From an uncultured Verrucomicrobiae bacterium (GTDB lineage Bacteria; Verrucomicrobiota; Verrucomicrobiia; Palsa-1439), in NCBI GenBank assembly GCA_963812605.1, contig CAWEWF010000001.1:320001-384000 (forward strand): a stretch of 64,000 nt of DNA. The letters are read 5' to 3'. This document shows, one piece after another, positions 1-10,893 of this stretch. A program made the translations under genes and the position numbers. Numbering within the stretch: position 1 is the first letter of the stretch; each line of letters begins with the position of its first letter. The notes below the pieces were generated by a model. It was not told the origin of the DNA, made no database searches, and saw only the letters and a list, made by a program, of their open reading frames with translations.

Positions 1-111
1 TCACTAACCACCAGCGACAGCACCGCAGCCCCGTCTGTGGGCACTACCTCCTCAGCCCTGAGTAGCGCCCGATTGGAAGGCACTTCGAAATCAGCGCGCA
101 CTTCAAAATCC

Positions 112-1211
112 ATGACCCTGCTCAATGCTGGTCATGCTGGGCCTGATGCTGCTTTTCATCGTGGCGATTGGCGCCTGGAAAGTGTGGCAGACCCTGGGCG
201 GGGATGGCACAGGCTGCGAAATTTGCGCCGCCCCCGCCGCCGTCACGACGGTCGTGGTCAAGAGGGAGACGTGGCAGCCCGTCCTCAGCGCCGTCGGTTC
301 GCTCAAGGCGGTCAATGGCGTGACCGTGAGCACCGACCTGGCGGGCATCGTCTCGGAGATCGCTTTCAATCCGGCGCCGCCGTGAAAAAAGGCGACCTGC
401 TCGTCAAGCTCGACACCAGCAGGAGGAGGCGCAATTGCACTCCGCGGAGGCGCGCCGCGAGCTGGCAAGATGAGCCTCGACCGCAAGCGCGACTCGCTCA
501 AGCAAGACCATCTCGCCCTCGGACTAGGATTCCGCGGAGAGCGAGTTTCGGCAGGCCGAAGGGAATGTGGATCCAAGGCCATCATCGCGCGCAAGCCCAT
601 CACGGCGCCCTTCGATGGCTATCTCGGCATCCGGCAGGTCGATCTCGGCCAATATCTCAATCCGGGCGCGCCCATCGTCCCACTGCAATCGCTCGACCCG
701 ATCTATGTCGAGTTCGCGCTGCCGCAGCAGCATCTCGAGCCTGGCCGTCGGCAAAAAGCTGCGCTTCCGCGACCGAGGTGGCAGGAAATTTGAAGGGGAG
801 ATCACCGCCATCGATTCGAAGGTGGATGAGGCCACGCGCAATGTCATCGTCCAGGGCACGGTCCGAACCCGGAACAGGTTGCGCCCCGGCATGTTTGTCA
901 ACGTGGACGTGTTGCTGCCGAGCAGGGCGTGTTGCCATCCCCGTCTCCTCGATCAATTACGCGCCCTACGGCGATTCGGTCTATCGTCGTGACAAGCCGG
1001 GCGGAGGGGGCCGACGGCAAGGGCAAGGAAGCGCAGCAAGTCGTGAGGCTCGGGCCGAGCCGCGGCGACCAGGTCGCGGTCCTGTCGGGCCTCAAAGAGG
1101 GCGACGAAGTCGTCACCTCCGGCGTCTTCAAGCTGCGAGCCACACGCTCCGGTGAAGGTGAACAACAGCGTGCAGCCGGGCAACGAAGTCAACCCGAAAC
1201 CCGGCGACTAG
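112..1211 (+). CDS. RND efflux periplasmic adaptor (MFP), many frameshifts
   Basis: Fragments in several frames: N-terminal TM, WQPVLSAVGSLKAVNGVTVSTDLAGIV, ITAPFDGYLGIRQVDLGQY, GEITAIDSKVDEATRNV, GLKEGDEVVTSG. Start approximate. Confidence 0.85.
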
Positions 1212-1234
1212 ATAAACCCTCTCGGCCCCAGAAC

Positions 1235-4200
1235 ATGAAATTCACCGATCTTTTCATCCGCCGCCCGGTCGTGGCGACCGTGCTGAGCCTGATCATCCTC
1301 ATGGCGGGCTTGCAGTCGATCCACAGGCTCAACGTGCGGCAGTATCCGCGCAGCGATATCGCCACGTCAGCGTCAGACGACCTACGTCGGCGCGAGCGCG
1401 GACCTGGTGCGGGGCTTCATCACCACGCCGCTCGAACGGGCCATCGCCAGCGCCGACGGCATCGATTACATCGAGTCGCAGAGCGCGCAGGGGCTCAGCA
1501 TCATCACGGTGCACCTCAAGCTGAACTACGACACCAACGCCGCGCTGACGCAGATCCAGTCGAAGCTCGCGCAGGTGCGCAACGATCTGCCGCCCGAGGC
1601 GGAGGCGCCGGTCATCGAATTGCAGACGAGCGACAGCCAGTTCGCCATCATGTATATGAGCTTCGACTCGAAGGATCCTCGACCCGAGCCAGATCACCGA
1701 TTACCTCACGCGCGTGGTGCAGCCGAAGCTGACGGCCGTGAGCGGCGTCCAGAAGGCCGACATCCTCGGCGCGCGCGTCTTCGCGATGCGCATCTGGCTC
1801 AAGACCGACCGCATGGCCGCGCTGAACATCTCGCCGTCCGAGGTCCGCGCAGGCGCTGGCGGCCAACAACTATCTCTCCGCCCTCGGCGCGACCAAGGGC
1901 TCGATGACCTCGGTCGAACCTCATGGCCAATACCGACCTGCGCACGCCGGAGGAATTTCGCGAACTGGTCATCCGCCAGCAGAACAGCGCCATCGTCCGG
2001 CTCAAGGACATCGCCGACGTCGAACTCGGCGCCGAGAACTACGACATGGATGTGCGCTTCTCGGGCAGAAGGCCACGTTCATGGGCATCTGGGTGATGCC
2101 GACGGCCAACTCGCTGGACGTCATCAAGGCGGTGCGGCGCCGCGCTGCCGGACATCGAGAAGCAACTGCCCGCGGGCATGCACGTCGGCGTGCCGTACGA
2201 CGCCACGCGCTACATCCGCGACGCCTGCACGAGGTCATCCACACGCTCGTCGAGACGCTGCTCATCGTCGTCGTCGTCATCTTCCTTTTCCTCGGCTCGG
2301 TGCGTGCGGTGCTCATCCCGGTGGTGGCGATCCCCATTTCGCTGATCGGCGCGGCGTTCCTCATGCTGGCCTTCGGCTTCACGCTCAATCTGCTGACCTT
2401 GCTGGCGATCGTGCTTTCGGTGGGCCTCGTGGTCGATGACGCCATCGTGGTCGTGGAGAACGTCGAGCGGCACTTGCAGTCGGCAGCCGCCCTCATGCCG
2501 CGATCAAGGGCGCGCGCGAATTGTTCGGCCCGATCATCGCCATGACCATCACCCTGGCGGCGGTTTACGCGCCCATCGGCATCCAGGGCGGCCTTACCGG
2601 CGCGCTCTTCCGCGAGTTCGCCTTCACGCTCGCGGGCGCGGTGATCGTCTCGGGCGTCGTGGCGCTGACGCTTTCGCCGATGATGTCCTCGAAGCTCCTG
2701 CGCGCCGGGGATTCGCACGGGGTTTCGCGGGCTGGATCAATCGCGCTTCGACGGACTCCGCCGCCGATACATGCGGCTGCTCACCAATTCGCTGCGCTGG
2801 CGCCCGGTGACGCTCACTCTGCGGCGATCGTCATCCTGCTCATCGTGCCCTTCTTCCTGTTTTCGCATGCACGAACTCGCGCCGAAGGAGGACCAGGGCG
2901 TGATCTTCGGCATCGTCCAGGCCGCGCCGAATTCGACCATCGAGCAGACGACGCGTTACACCGAAAAGGTGAACGAAGTCTTCCAATCGATGCCGGAGAC
3001 GAGCACACCTTCCAGCTCACGAGCCAACGGCGGTTTCTCCGGCATGGTGACAAAGCCGTGGAGCGAGCGGAACCGCACCACCGAGCAGATCGTCGGCGAG
3101 GTATTCGCGCGGGTCGGCAAATCGCCGGCGTCCGCGTCATCGCCACGACTCCCGAGCCGCTGCCGGGCGGGGGCAGTTTCCCGGTCGAATTCGTCATCAC
3201 CTCCACCGCCGAGCCGCGGGAAATCATCGAATTCGCCAATCAACTCGTCGCGAAGGCGCTCGCAGAGCGGGGTTTCATTTTGCGGACACCGATTTGAAAT
3301 ATGACCATCCACAGACGGAGATCGTTTTCGACCGCGACAAGGTGGCCTCGCTGGGACTGAACCTGCACAGGTTGGCGCGGATCTCGGCACGATGCTGGGC
3401 GGCAATTATGTCAATCGCTTCAACATCCAGGGCCGCAGCTACAAGGTCATCCCGCAAGTCTCGCGCGCGCAGCGGCTGAATGCGGATCAATTGAAGAACT
3501 ATTACATCAGCGGGCCCGACGGAAAACTGGTGTAGCTCTCGACTTTTGCGACCTTGAAGCAAACGACGGAACCGCGGGCGATCTACCGTTTCCAGCAATT
3601 GAACTCCGTGAAGATCCAGGGGCCATCCGGCCGGGCGCGACGCTGGACCAGGCGCTGAAGGTGCTCGAACAGGAAGCGGCGCAGATCTGCCGAAGGGCTA
3701 TAACATTGATTACGGCGGGGAAGCGCGACAGTTGCGGGTGGAAGGGAACAACCTGAACACGACCCTGATGCTTTCCTTCATCCTCATCTTCCTCGTGCTG
3801 GCGGCGCAGTTTGAGAGTTTCCGCGATCCGTTGATCATTCTGCTTGGCTCCGTGCCGCTGGCGCTCTCGGGCGCGTTGCTGTTCAGCTTCCTCGGGTTTA
3901 CGACGTTGAACATCTACAGCCAGATCGGATTGATCACGCTGGTGGGACTCGTTTCCAAAAATGGAATCCTCATCGTGGAATTTGCCAACAAGATGCAGGA
4001 GTCGGGCAAGGACAAGCTCAACGCGGTCATCGAGGCCGCCGGAACCCGTTTGCGTCCCATCCTGATGACGTCCGTGGCGACGGTGGCGGGTCACTTTCCC
4101 CTCGTCCTGGCCCGGGTCCCGGCGCCGGTTCGCGAAACAGCATCGGTACAGTGCTCGTCAGCGGAATGATGATCGGGACGGTGTTCACGTTGTTTGTGGT

Positions 4201-4321
4201 GCCTTCCATCTACATGCTGCTGGCACGCAATCATGCCTTGAAGCCGCGAGAAACCGAGATCGAAGAACGGAGTTCGAGAGCGCTGCCGAGGGTGCCACGC
4301 TACGTCGGGACATTTTGCTAA
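1235..4321 (+). CDS. RND efflux permease (AcrB/MexW-like), many frameshifts and an in-frame TAG at 3533-3535
   Basis: MKFTDLFIRRPVVA start, GLVVDDAIVVVENV, VALTLSPMM, LAAQFES, GLVSKNGILIVEFA and RLRPILMT motifs across frames. Confidence 0.92.
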
Positions 4322-4434
4322 CGGGGGGCGACTAGGGCGGTTGCTGAATTTTTCCCCGGAGACGCGGAATTTGAATTGACTCATGTCCCACGCTGCGCCA
4401 TTCTAGCGCAACGGTTTCTACCAAGGAGGGGGCC

Positions 4435-5005
4435 GTGATCAAGTTTCGTTGCCTGAATTGTGGCCAAAAATTGGCCGTGTCTGACGATGGCATTAATGCC
4501 GTTGTTTCCTGCACCGAATTGCCGGGAGTCTATCGTCGTCCCCCCTTATTCCATCTCGGACTTTTTTTCCGCGGAACCGCTCCAGCAACCTGGCGCGTCC
4601 AGCGTTGGCAGCCTCGAGTTCGTTCGGCAGGTGCGCGTCGAAGGCGTTCCGGCGACCGTGCGAGCGGCGTTGCTGCCGCAACTGGCGCGGATGATGATGA
4701 ACCGGCTGGTGCAGGCGCTCTACGGACAACGCGAAAGCCTGATCGAGACACAGATGGAAGCGACCCGGCGCATGGCCGAGTTGGAAGAACGGATCGCCCG
4801 GGCCCAGACGAGCGTGGAGCGAAGGATCGCCGCCTACGAGGGCCGTATCGGGGAATTGGAAAGCCAATTGACCGCGAAGGAAGAGGAAAACCGGGAACTT
4901 CTGCGGGTGAATTTTCAACTCGCGAAGAAGGCGCTCGAAGTCGAAAGCCGCCCGCAACCTCCCCGCGTGAACCTACGCGAGGCTGGGTTTTTGCTGCGCG
5001 CGTAG
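4435..5005 (+). CDS. zinc-ribbon (CxxC..CxxC) plus coiled-coil hypothetical protein, one frameshift near 4516
   Basis: MIKFRCLNCGQKLAV...VVSC joins NCRESIVVPP in the next frame; heptad-rich C-terminus. Confidence 0.7.
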
Positions 5006-6061
5006 CGCCTGCTCGTAACACTGCAGCGCTTCGCTGTAACGTTCCAGCCGATTGAACACCCCGCCCTTGTTCAGGTAGGCCATCGTCATCGACTCGTCCA
5101 ACGCGATCGCGCGATCGTAGCAGTCGATGGCCTCGTCCAGTTTCCCGAGCTTCTCCAGCGCCATGCCCTTCTTGATGAACGCCTCGGCGATCGTCGCGTC
5201 CAGCGCGATCGCTTCGTCGAAGCACGCCAGCGCCGTATCGGCCTGCGACAGGTTGAGCAGAGCCTGTCCTTTTCCCAGCAGTAAGGCGACGCGGGCATCG
5301 CGCTCCGCCTTTTCGGTCCTGGCGCGCGTGCTGGCCGTATCCGGTTCCGAGGCTTCGGAAGGCGGCTCGTCCGCTACCGGCGGCGGCTCGGCGTTGGGCA
5401 TTGGCTCCGCAGTTCCTTCCAGTTCGTTGATGCGCTTCTCGAGCCGCTCAATGGTGTTGACGAAACGCGCGGTGGACTGCTCGACGCGGTTTACGGAAAC
5501 CACCTGCGTGTCGCCGGCGGCGAGGGCGGCCGGCATGAAACCCGGGCCAAGCGCCTGACCCGTGAATTGCGCGATCAGGGTCTCAGTGCGGCGGTTCATG
5601 ATCCGCAACAGGAACACCACGAAGAAGAGCATTCCTATGAATCCAAGGCTGGCAAAAATGGCGACCGTAACAAGCGTGGAACGTTGCGAAAGCCTTATGG
5701 ACTCAATCTCATGTTCCCGCTCCGCCGTAACGGATTGTTCGATGCGATTCAGTCGCGCTTCGACCTCCTCGCTGTTACGTTTCGCGGAAGCCTCGGCGTC
5801 CTGGCGGGCCTGTTCCACCCCGCGCGCGGCGGCCGCCGCGTCCTGCCGCGCCTGTTCGATGCCCACGAGCATGGATCGCTGCTGCTCCTGGAGTTGCTGG
5901 TAAGACTGGACGACGTGCTGGGCCCATTCGGCGCTGCCTTCGGGCGGCTGATCCTTTCCCGCGGGCAGAGAATTGGTTTCCCCCACGACGGACAAGCAGA
6001 ATGCCGCGTAGAAAACAGCTACCACCGAGAAAATTCCCGGCCCTTTACGATTTCCTCCCAT
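4973..6061 (-). CDS. membrane-anchored TPR protein
   Basis: Signal-like N-terminus, coiled coil, TM segment (LVTVAIFASLGFIGMLFFVVFLL), three C-terminal TPRs (EAIDCYDRAIALD). Confidence 0.85.
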   Translation of the reverse strand: MGGNRKGPGIFSVVAVFYAAFCLSVVGETNSLPAGKDQPPEGSAEWAQHVVQSYQQLQEQQRSMLVGIEQARQDAAAAARGVEQARQDAEASAKRNSEEVEARLNRIEQSVTAEREHEIESIRLSQRSTLVTVAIFASLGFIGMLFFVVFLLRIMNRRTETLIAQFTGQALGPGFMPAALAAGDTQVVSVNRVEQSTARFVNTIERLEKRINELEGTAEPMPNAEPPPVADEPPSEASEPDTASTRARTEKAERDARVALLLGKGQALLNLSQADTALACFDEAIALDATIAEAFIKKGMALEKLGKLDEAIDCYDRAIALDESMTMAYLNKGGVFNRLERYSEALQCYEQALRAQQKPSLA

Positions 6062-6251
6062 AAACTAAAACCCCCCTTAGCTTGCACCGTAGAAGAATTT
6101 TTGTGGGAATTCAATCAAAAATCCACGCCAACGCCAATTTTGCGGTGGCATTTTGGAAGAGGATGGAGACACGAAGCGCCGCCGTTGACAGGCGACGGGC
6201 GCAAATCTATAGTCGGGCCGTTGTTTTTCTCGACAAGGGGGATGACCAACC

Positions 6252-7103
6252 GTGCCGGAAATCGCATACGTTAACGGAGAATTTTTGCCTCTCGAACGCG
6301 CCACCGTCCGTGTGGAGGACCGTGGTTTTCAGTTTGCCGACGGCGTTTACGAAGTTGTGCGCACGTATGGCGGGAAACCCTTCGCGACTGACGCGCATCT
6401 CGCCCGGCTTTTTCGCAGTCTGGCTGCCATCGAACTTGTTACACCGCAGATCACAGCCGAGCACCTGCGTTCGATCATCGAAAAGGGCGTGCAACGTGCC
6501 GGTTTTGCCGAGGCGCTTGTTTACCTGCAAATCACCCGGGGCTATGCGCCGCGCCACCGGGGAATGCCGAAGGATGTCAAGCCCACGATTGTGATGACGG
6601 TGCGCGAACTTCCGGCACCCGCGTTGAAATTGCCAGCAACAGGCATTGCCGTCATCACGATGCCGGAGTTCCGCTGGGCGCGACGCGATATCAAGAGCAT
6701 TGCGCTGCTGCCCAGCGTGCTGGCCTATCACGCGGCGAAGAAGGCAGGCGCGAACGACGCGATCTTTGTCGAGGAAGACGGAACCGTGAATGAAGCAACG
6801 GCGGGCAATGTGTTCCTGGTGACGCAGGGGCGATTGCGCACGCCGCCGAAGAGCACGCACATTCTCGCCGGCGTCACCCGTGACAAGCTGCTGGAGGCCG
6901 CGCGCGCGGCGGGGATTGAAACGGTGGAGGAACGGATCACGAAATCCGATCTCTACTCGGCGGAAGAGATCTTCCTGACCAGCACCACGTCCGAGGTGGC
7001 GCCGGTCGTGACGGTGGATGGAAAGCCGATTGGAACGGGGAAACCGGGGCCGGTATCGGCGAGGATTTACGAACAGTTCGCGCGAATGTTTATTCGGACG
7101 TGA
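6252..7103 (+). CDS. dat: D-amino-acid transaminase / aminotransferase class IV
   Basis: AYVNGEF, EDRGFQFADGVYEV, YLQITRG, PLP lysine in DIKSIALL, ILAGVTR, EEIFLTST. Confidence 0.85.
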   Translation: MPEIAYVNGEFLPLERATVRVEDRGFQFADGVYEVVRTYGGKPFATDAHLARLFRSLAAIELVTPQITAEHLRSIIEKGVQRAGFAEALVYLQITRGYAPRHRGMPKDVKPTIVMTVRELPAPALKLPATGIAVITMPEFRWARRDIKSIALLPSVLAYHAAKKAGANDAIFVEEDGTVNEATAGNVFLVTQGRLRTPPKSTHILAGVTRDKLLEAARAAGIETVEERITKSDLYSAEEIFLTSTTSEVAPVVTVDGKPIGTGKPGPVSARIYEQFARMFIRT

Positions 7104-7215
7104 AGGGATTGGCTGTGTTCTTGCTCTTTCTTGTGGTGGTCGCGGTTCTGGCTGCGTATTGTTACCCTCATGGGCAGAGAATTCAAAACGTACCAGTACC
7201 CCGCTTGCTCGATGG

Positions 7216-7243
7216 TTGACAATCAATTTGCGCCTGCTATGAT
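7216..7243 (+). promoter_or_regulatory. sigma70-type promoter of the rpmH operon
   Basis: TTGACA (7216-7221), 16 bp spacer ending TGC, TATGAT (7238-7243), 28 nt before the rpmH ATG. Confidence 0.7.
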
Positions 7244-7271
7244 GCGCGTTCCCCAAAACAGGGACTGACAC

Positions 7272-7406
7272 ATGAAACGGACATACCAGCCGTCCAAGAT
7301 TCGGCGGCAACGAAGATTCGGGTTTTTGAAGCGGACACGCACGAAGCGTGGCCGCGCGACATTGAGTCGGCAACGTCGCAAAGGGCGCAAGCGCCTTTCT
7401 GTGTAG
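7272..7406 (+). CDS. rpmH: 50S ribosomal protein L34
   Basis: Hand translation: [44 protein letters not shown] (too short for the ORF track). Confidence 0.97.
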   Translation: MKRTYQPSKIRRQRRFGFLKRTRTKRGRATLSRQRRKGRKRLSV

Positions 7407-7442
7407 GGTCGAGTTCCTCGCGGTGGCGAGGCGGAGGCCGGT

Positions 7443-7802
7443 TTGCCCGGAAGCAGCACATTGCCCAAAAGCGAGCGACTCCAGCGCGGCCACCAATTTC
7501 GGGGCGCGTATGAGCACGGTCGCAAGTTCGTCGGCCGGTTTGTGGTACTCTATGCGGTGGACGATTCCGCGGCGGGTCGGGCGCTGGGGGTGGTCACGAG
7601 CCGCAAGATCGGCAACGCGGTCGTTCGCAATCGCGCGCGGCGGCTCCTGCGCGAGGCGTATCGACTGAACAAACAGAAACTCAAAACCAATTTACAGATT
7701 GTCATGGTTGCCCGCAGCACCATCAACGGAAAGCGCCGCCCGGAAGTGGAGGCGGATTTGTTGCGATTATTCCTGGCGGCGGGCATCCTGAACGAGACGT
7801 GA
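7443..7802 (+). CDS. rnpA: ribonuclease P protein component
   Basis: [33 protein letters not shown] (RNR motif); follows rpmH. Confidence 0.95.
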   Translation: MPGSSTLPKSERLQRGHQFRGAYEHGRKFVGRFVVLYAVDDSAAGRALGVVTSRKIGNAVVRNRARRLLREAYRLNKQKLKTNLQIVMVARSTINGKRRPEVEADLLRLFLAAGILNET

Positions 7803-8038
7803 TCAAACCTTTACTTCTCCGGTTGTTGCGGCTTTATCGCTACCTTTCGCCGCTACGAATGCTCTTGCCCGCGCCCGCGGTGGGCGGTTGCTGCCGGTTT
7901 CATCCCACCTGTTCCGGCTACGCCCACGAGGCAATTGAAAAACTCGGCCCCGCCCGCGGGCTGTGGCTATCGGCGGCGCGACTGGCGCGGTGTCATCCGT
8001 TTGCGGAAGGTGGTTACGACCCGGTGCCGAAGCGATGA
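7799..8038 (+). CDS. yidD: membrane protein insertion efficiency factor
   Basis: [11 protein letters not shown] and [14 protein letters not shown]; lies between rnpA and yidC. Confidence 0.95.
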   Translation: MIKPLLLRLLRLYRYLSPLRMLLPAPAVGGCCRFHPTCSGYAHEAIEKLGPARGLWLSAARLARCHPFAEGGYDPVPKR

Positions 8039-9724
8039 TGGACCGAAAAACAATGCTGGTGGTTCTCGGCTGCGTGATCGCCATGATCGCCTGGCAGGCG
8101 CTGATCACGAAGCTTTATCCGCCGAAGCCGAAAGCCATCAAAGTCACAAATGAGATTGTCACCAGTAATGCAGCGCCCGCGACGGCGACGGAAACTCCGG
8201 CGGAAAAACCGGTCGAAGCGGCAAAAGAAGACCGCCGCCGCGCCCGCAGAACCGCGTTCGCCCGAGCAGATCGTCGCGCTGACCAATGAATTCGTCCGCA
8301 TGGAATTCACCACGTGGGGTGGCGGCGTGAGTTCGGTCGAGTTGCTCAAGCACAAGGTCAACGGTTCCGGCAATGTGGTGCTCAACGGAACCAATTTTGT
8401 CCCGGCGCTGGCCTTGATGGGGATGGCGGACGCCGGCCCTGATTCGGCATTTACGATTGAGTCCTCCGCGCCGAACACCGTCGTGATGAAGCACCAAACG
8501 AGAACCGGTTTGGGGATCACCAAGACGTTCTGGCTTAATGATGGGTACTTGCTTGGGGGCATGATCGAATTCGCACGTGTCGCTCGGGCCGCCGACGTGT
8601 TGCCGGCCACGGCGGATTTGGCCATCGGCACGGCGGCACCGACAACAGTGAAGGAATTGCCCGCATACCTTACCGCGGGTTGGCTTCTCGGCGACAAGTA
8701 CCAGTACCACGACCTGAAGCAGATCGCTAAGAATGCCGAAAAGGGGATTGGCAGCGAGACGAACAGCGCGCGCTGGGGCGCGGTGAAGAACCAATTCTTC
8801 GCGATGATCCTGACGCCGGACACCAATGCCGTTGCGGTCGAATGCAAGCAGGTGGACCTCCCGCCGCCCGTCGATTGGAAGGCGAAGGACCCGCCGCATG
8901 GCGTATTCGCGGCGCTGACGATCGTGCCGACCACCGTCTCCACCAACGTGATGGAGCGCTACGAGTTCACGTGGTACGCCGGGCCGAAAGCGTATGAGCG
9001 GCTGGTGGCGCTCGGCAAGGGGCAGGAAGAAGTGATGCAGTTCGGGTTTTGGGGCGTGATCAGCGTGGTGCTCTTGAAGAGCATGAAGTTTTTCCACGGG
9101 CTGGTCCCGAGCTACGGCGTCGCGATCATCCTGGTCACCATCTGCATCAAGATTCTTTTCTGGCCGATCCAGGCGAAGAGCATCAAGTCGATGAAGGCCA
9201 TGCAGAAGTTCCAGCCATTGATCAACAAGCTCAAAGAGAAGTACAAGGACGACCCGCAGCGGCTGAACGCCGAGACGATGAAGCTCTACAAGGAGCACAA
9301 AATCAACCCGGTGTCCGGCTGCCTGCCGATGGTGGTGCAAATTCCGGTGCTGTTTGCGTTCTACCGCATGCTGGCCAGCGCCATCGAACTGCGCGGGCAA
9401 TCGTTTCTTTGGATCCACGATCTTTCCGCGCCAGACACCATTTTCCAGGTGCTGGGGATCCCGGTCAATCCGCTGCCGCTGGTGATGACGGGCCTGTCGG
9501 TCTGGCAGATGAAGATCACGCCGCAGAGCGGTGACCAGCAGCAACAGAAGATGATGATGTTCATGCCGTTGATGATGATGTTTATTTTTTACAAACTGGC
9601 CGCCGGCGTGGTGTTGTATTACACCGTGCAGCAGTTTCTCTCGATTGCGCAGCAATGGTGGAGCATGCGCAAGGCGGACAATGCGACCCCGGCGACGCCG
9701 TTGGCCGTTGGAAAAGCGAAATGA
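8035..9724 (+). CDS. yidC: membrane protein insertase YidC, frameshift near 8230
   Basis: [11 protein letters not shown] start, [41 protein letters not shown]. Confidence 0.95.
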
Positions 9725-9765
9725 TTTTTGGTAAGGTAACGCACAACTCGACATCACGAGGCGTC

Positions 9766-9792
9766 GTAGCCCACCCCAGGTAGAGGGTGGGC
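9766..9792. repeat. GTAG-initiated REP-like hairpin
   Basis: GTA-GCCCACCC-caggtaga-GGGTGGGC between yidC and jag. Confidence 0.5.
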
Positions 9793-9822
9793 CGAACGCC
9801 CCAAAAACACAGGAGCCCAACC

Positions 9823-10335
9823 ATGGAAACGGAAGCCCCGATCACATCCACTCCCCCTGTTCCCTCCGGTCCGCCGCTTGATTCCCGCGAAGTTTTACAG
9901 AAAATGCTCGACGGCCTTGGCCTGCAGACCAAGGTCGAGGTTTTCACGATGGATGGTTCGACATTATTGCACATCGCCACCGCCGAACCCGGCCGCCTGA
10001 TCGGCAAACACGGCCAGACTCTCAGCCAGTTACAATTCCTGGTGAATCGCATCCTCCAGCGCGCCAGCGCCGAGGCCCCGCGCGTGACGGTCGATTGCGA
10101 GCGCTATCGCGAGCGCCAGCGCGACGACATTCTCAAGAAAGTCCTCGAGGCGGCCGACAATGTCCGCCGCTGGGGCGACGCCGTGAAGATCGGCCCGTTC
10201 AACGCCTTCGACCGCCGCGTCATTCACCTGCACATGGAGAAGGACCGGGAGTTGGAAGCCGTCAGCGAAGGCGAGGGGGACGAGGCCGGCATGAAGCGAA
10301 TGATTATCCGCGTCCGGGAAAAGCCGGCAGCGTGA
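9823..10335 (+). CDS. jag: Jag/KhpB(EloR)-like RNA-binding protein (KH + R3H), short form
   Basis: LIGKHGQTLSQLQFL (KH), FDRRVIH (R3H), SEGEG; downstream of yidC. Confidence 0.88.
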   Translation: METEAPITSTPPVPSGPPLDSREVLQKMLDGLGLQTKVEVFTMDGSTLLHIATAEPGRLIGKHGQTLSQLQFLVNRILQRASAEAPRVTVDCERYRERQRDDILKKVLEAADNVRRWGDAVKIGPFNAFDRRVIHLHMEKDRELEAVSEGEGDEAGMKRMIIRVREKPAA

Positions 10336-10356
10336 AATCGCCATCACTTGGCGTCC

Positions 10357-10874
10357 TCAGGTTATTCCTTGGGATCTCGCGGCTTCAACAATCGCCTTGG
10401 ATTCTGGGTAAGTGAGAAAAGTCCATACGCCGGCACCAAAGAATGCTGGAAAAGGCGCGACCCTTAGCAGAACAGCCATACCCGCAGCGATGAAGGGTCC
10501 GATGGCAAAAGGTAAAGCACATATCAGGCTCTCGCGGAAGTTGCGCCACCTTAGCCGTTGCCGCAGCGGCAAGAAAACAAATGCGGCAAAAAAGACAACA
10601 CGCGCTCGGAGCATTCGCTTCGTGACGAGGACGAACGGCAAACCTAGGAGTATGCCGATCGCAAGCGAAACCCAAGGCCAGTGAAACGGCCAAAACAATT
10701 CAATGTTTAGATCTGCCGTGCCCGCATTTCCGGAAGCGTCGTCGCGATGTCCTTAGACACCCACTGAATTGAGAACACCGAGAACAGCCCGGCAACAACG
10801 CTCAGGACAGATTCAAATACCAACAAATAAGGGTGAGCGTAGAAAGGAACTCTATTTGCTGGATGTGCCGTCAT
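10357..10874 (-). CDS. hypothetical multi-TM membrane protein, probable frameshift near 10745
   Basis: GGGAG RBS then MTAHPANRVPF...WVSKDI, joining ...NIELFWPFHWPWVSLAIG in another frame; lower GC than flanks. Confidence 0.55.
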
Positions 10875-10893
10875 TGACACTTGTTGTCTCCCT

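Noticed and set aside
3533-3535. In-frame TAG in the RND permease as pyrrolysine or recoding
   Set aside because: It lies in the most error-rich part of the window, TAG is a normal stop elsewhere (rpmH, purQ), and no pyl genes are seen.
7103-7272. oriC upstream of rpmH
   Set aside because: No DnaA-box cluster, no AT-rich unwinding element and no dnaA.
8200-8260. Programmed frameshifts in yidC, asd, the MFS gene or the ClC gene
   Set aside because: No shared slippery motif; the pattern matches indel errors across the region.
8159-9820. Long antisense ORFs (e.g. 8159-9820, 12442-14046, 28741-30441, 33834-35336, 58113-59654)
   Set aside because: They are shadows of real genes in high-GC DNA and have no recognisable motifs.
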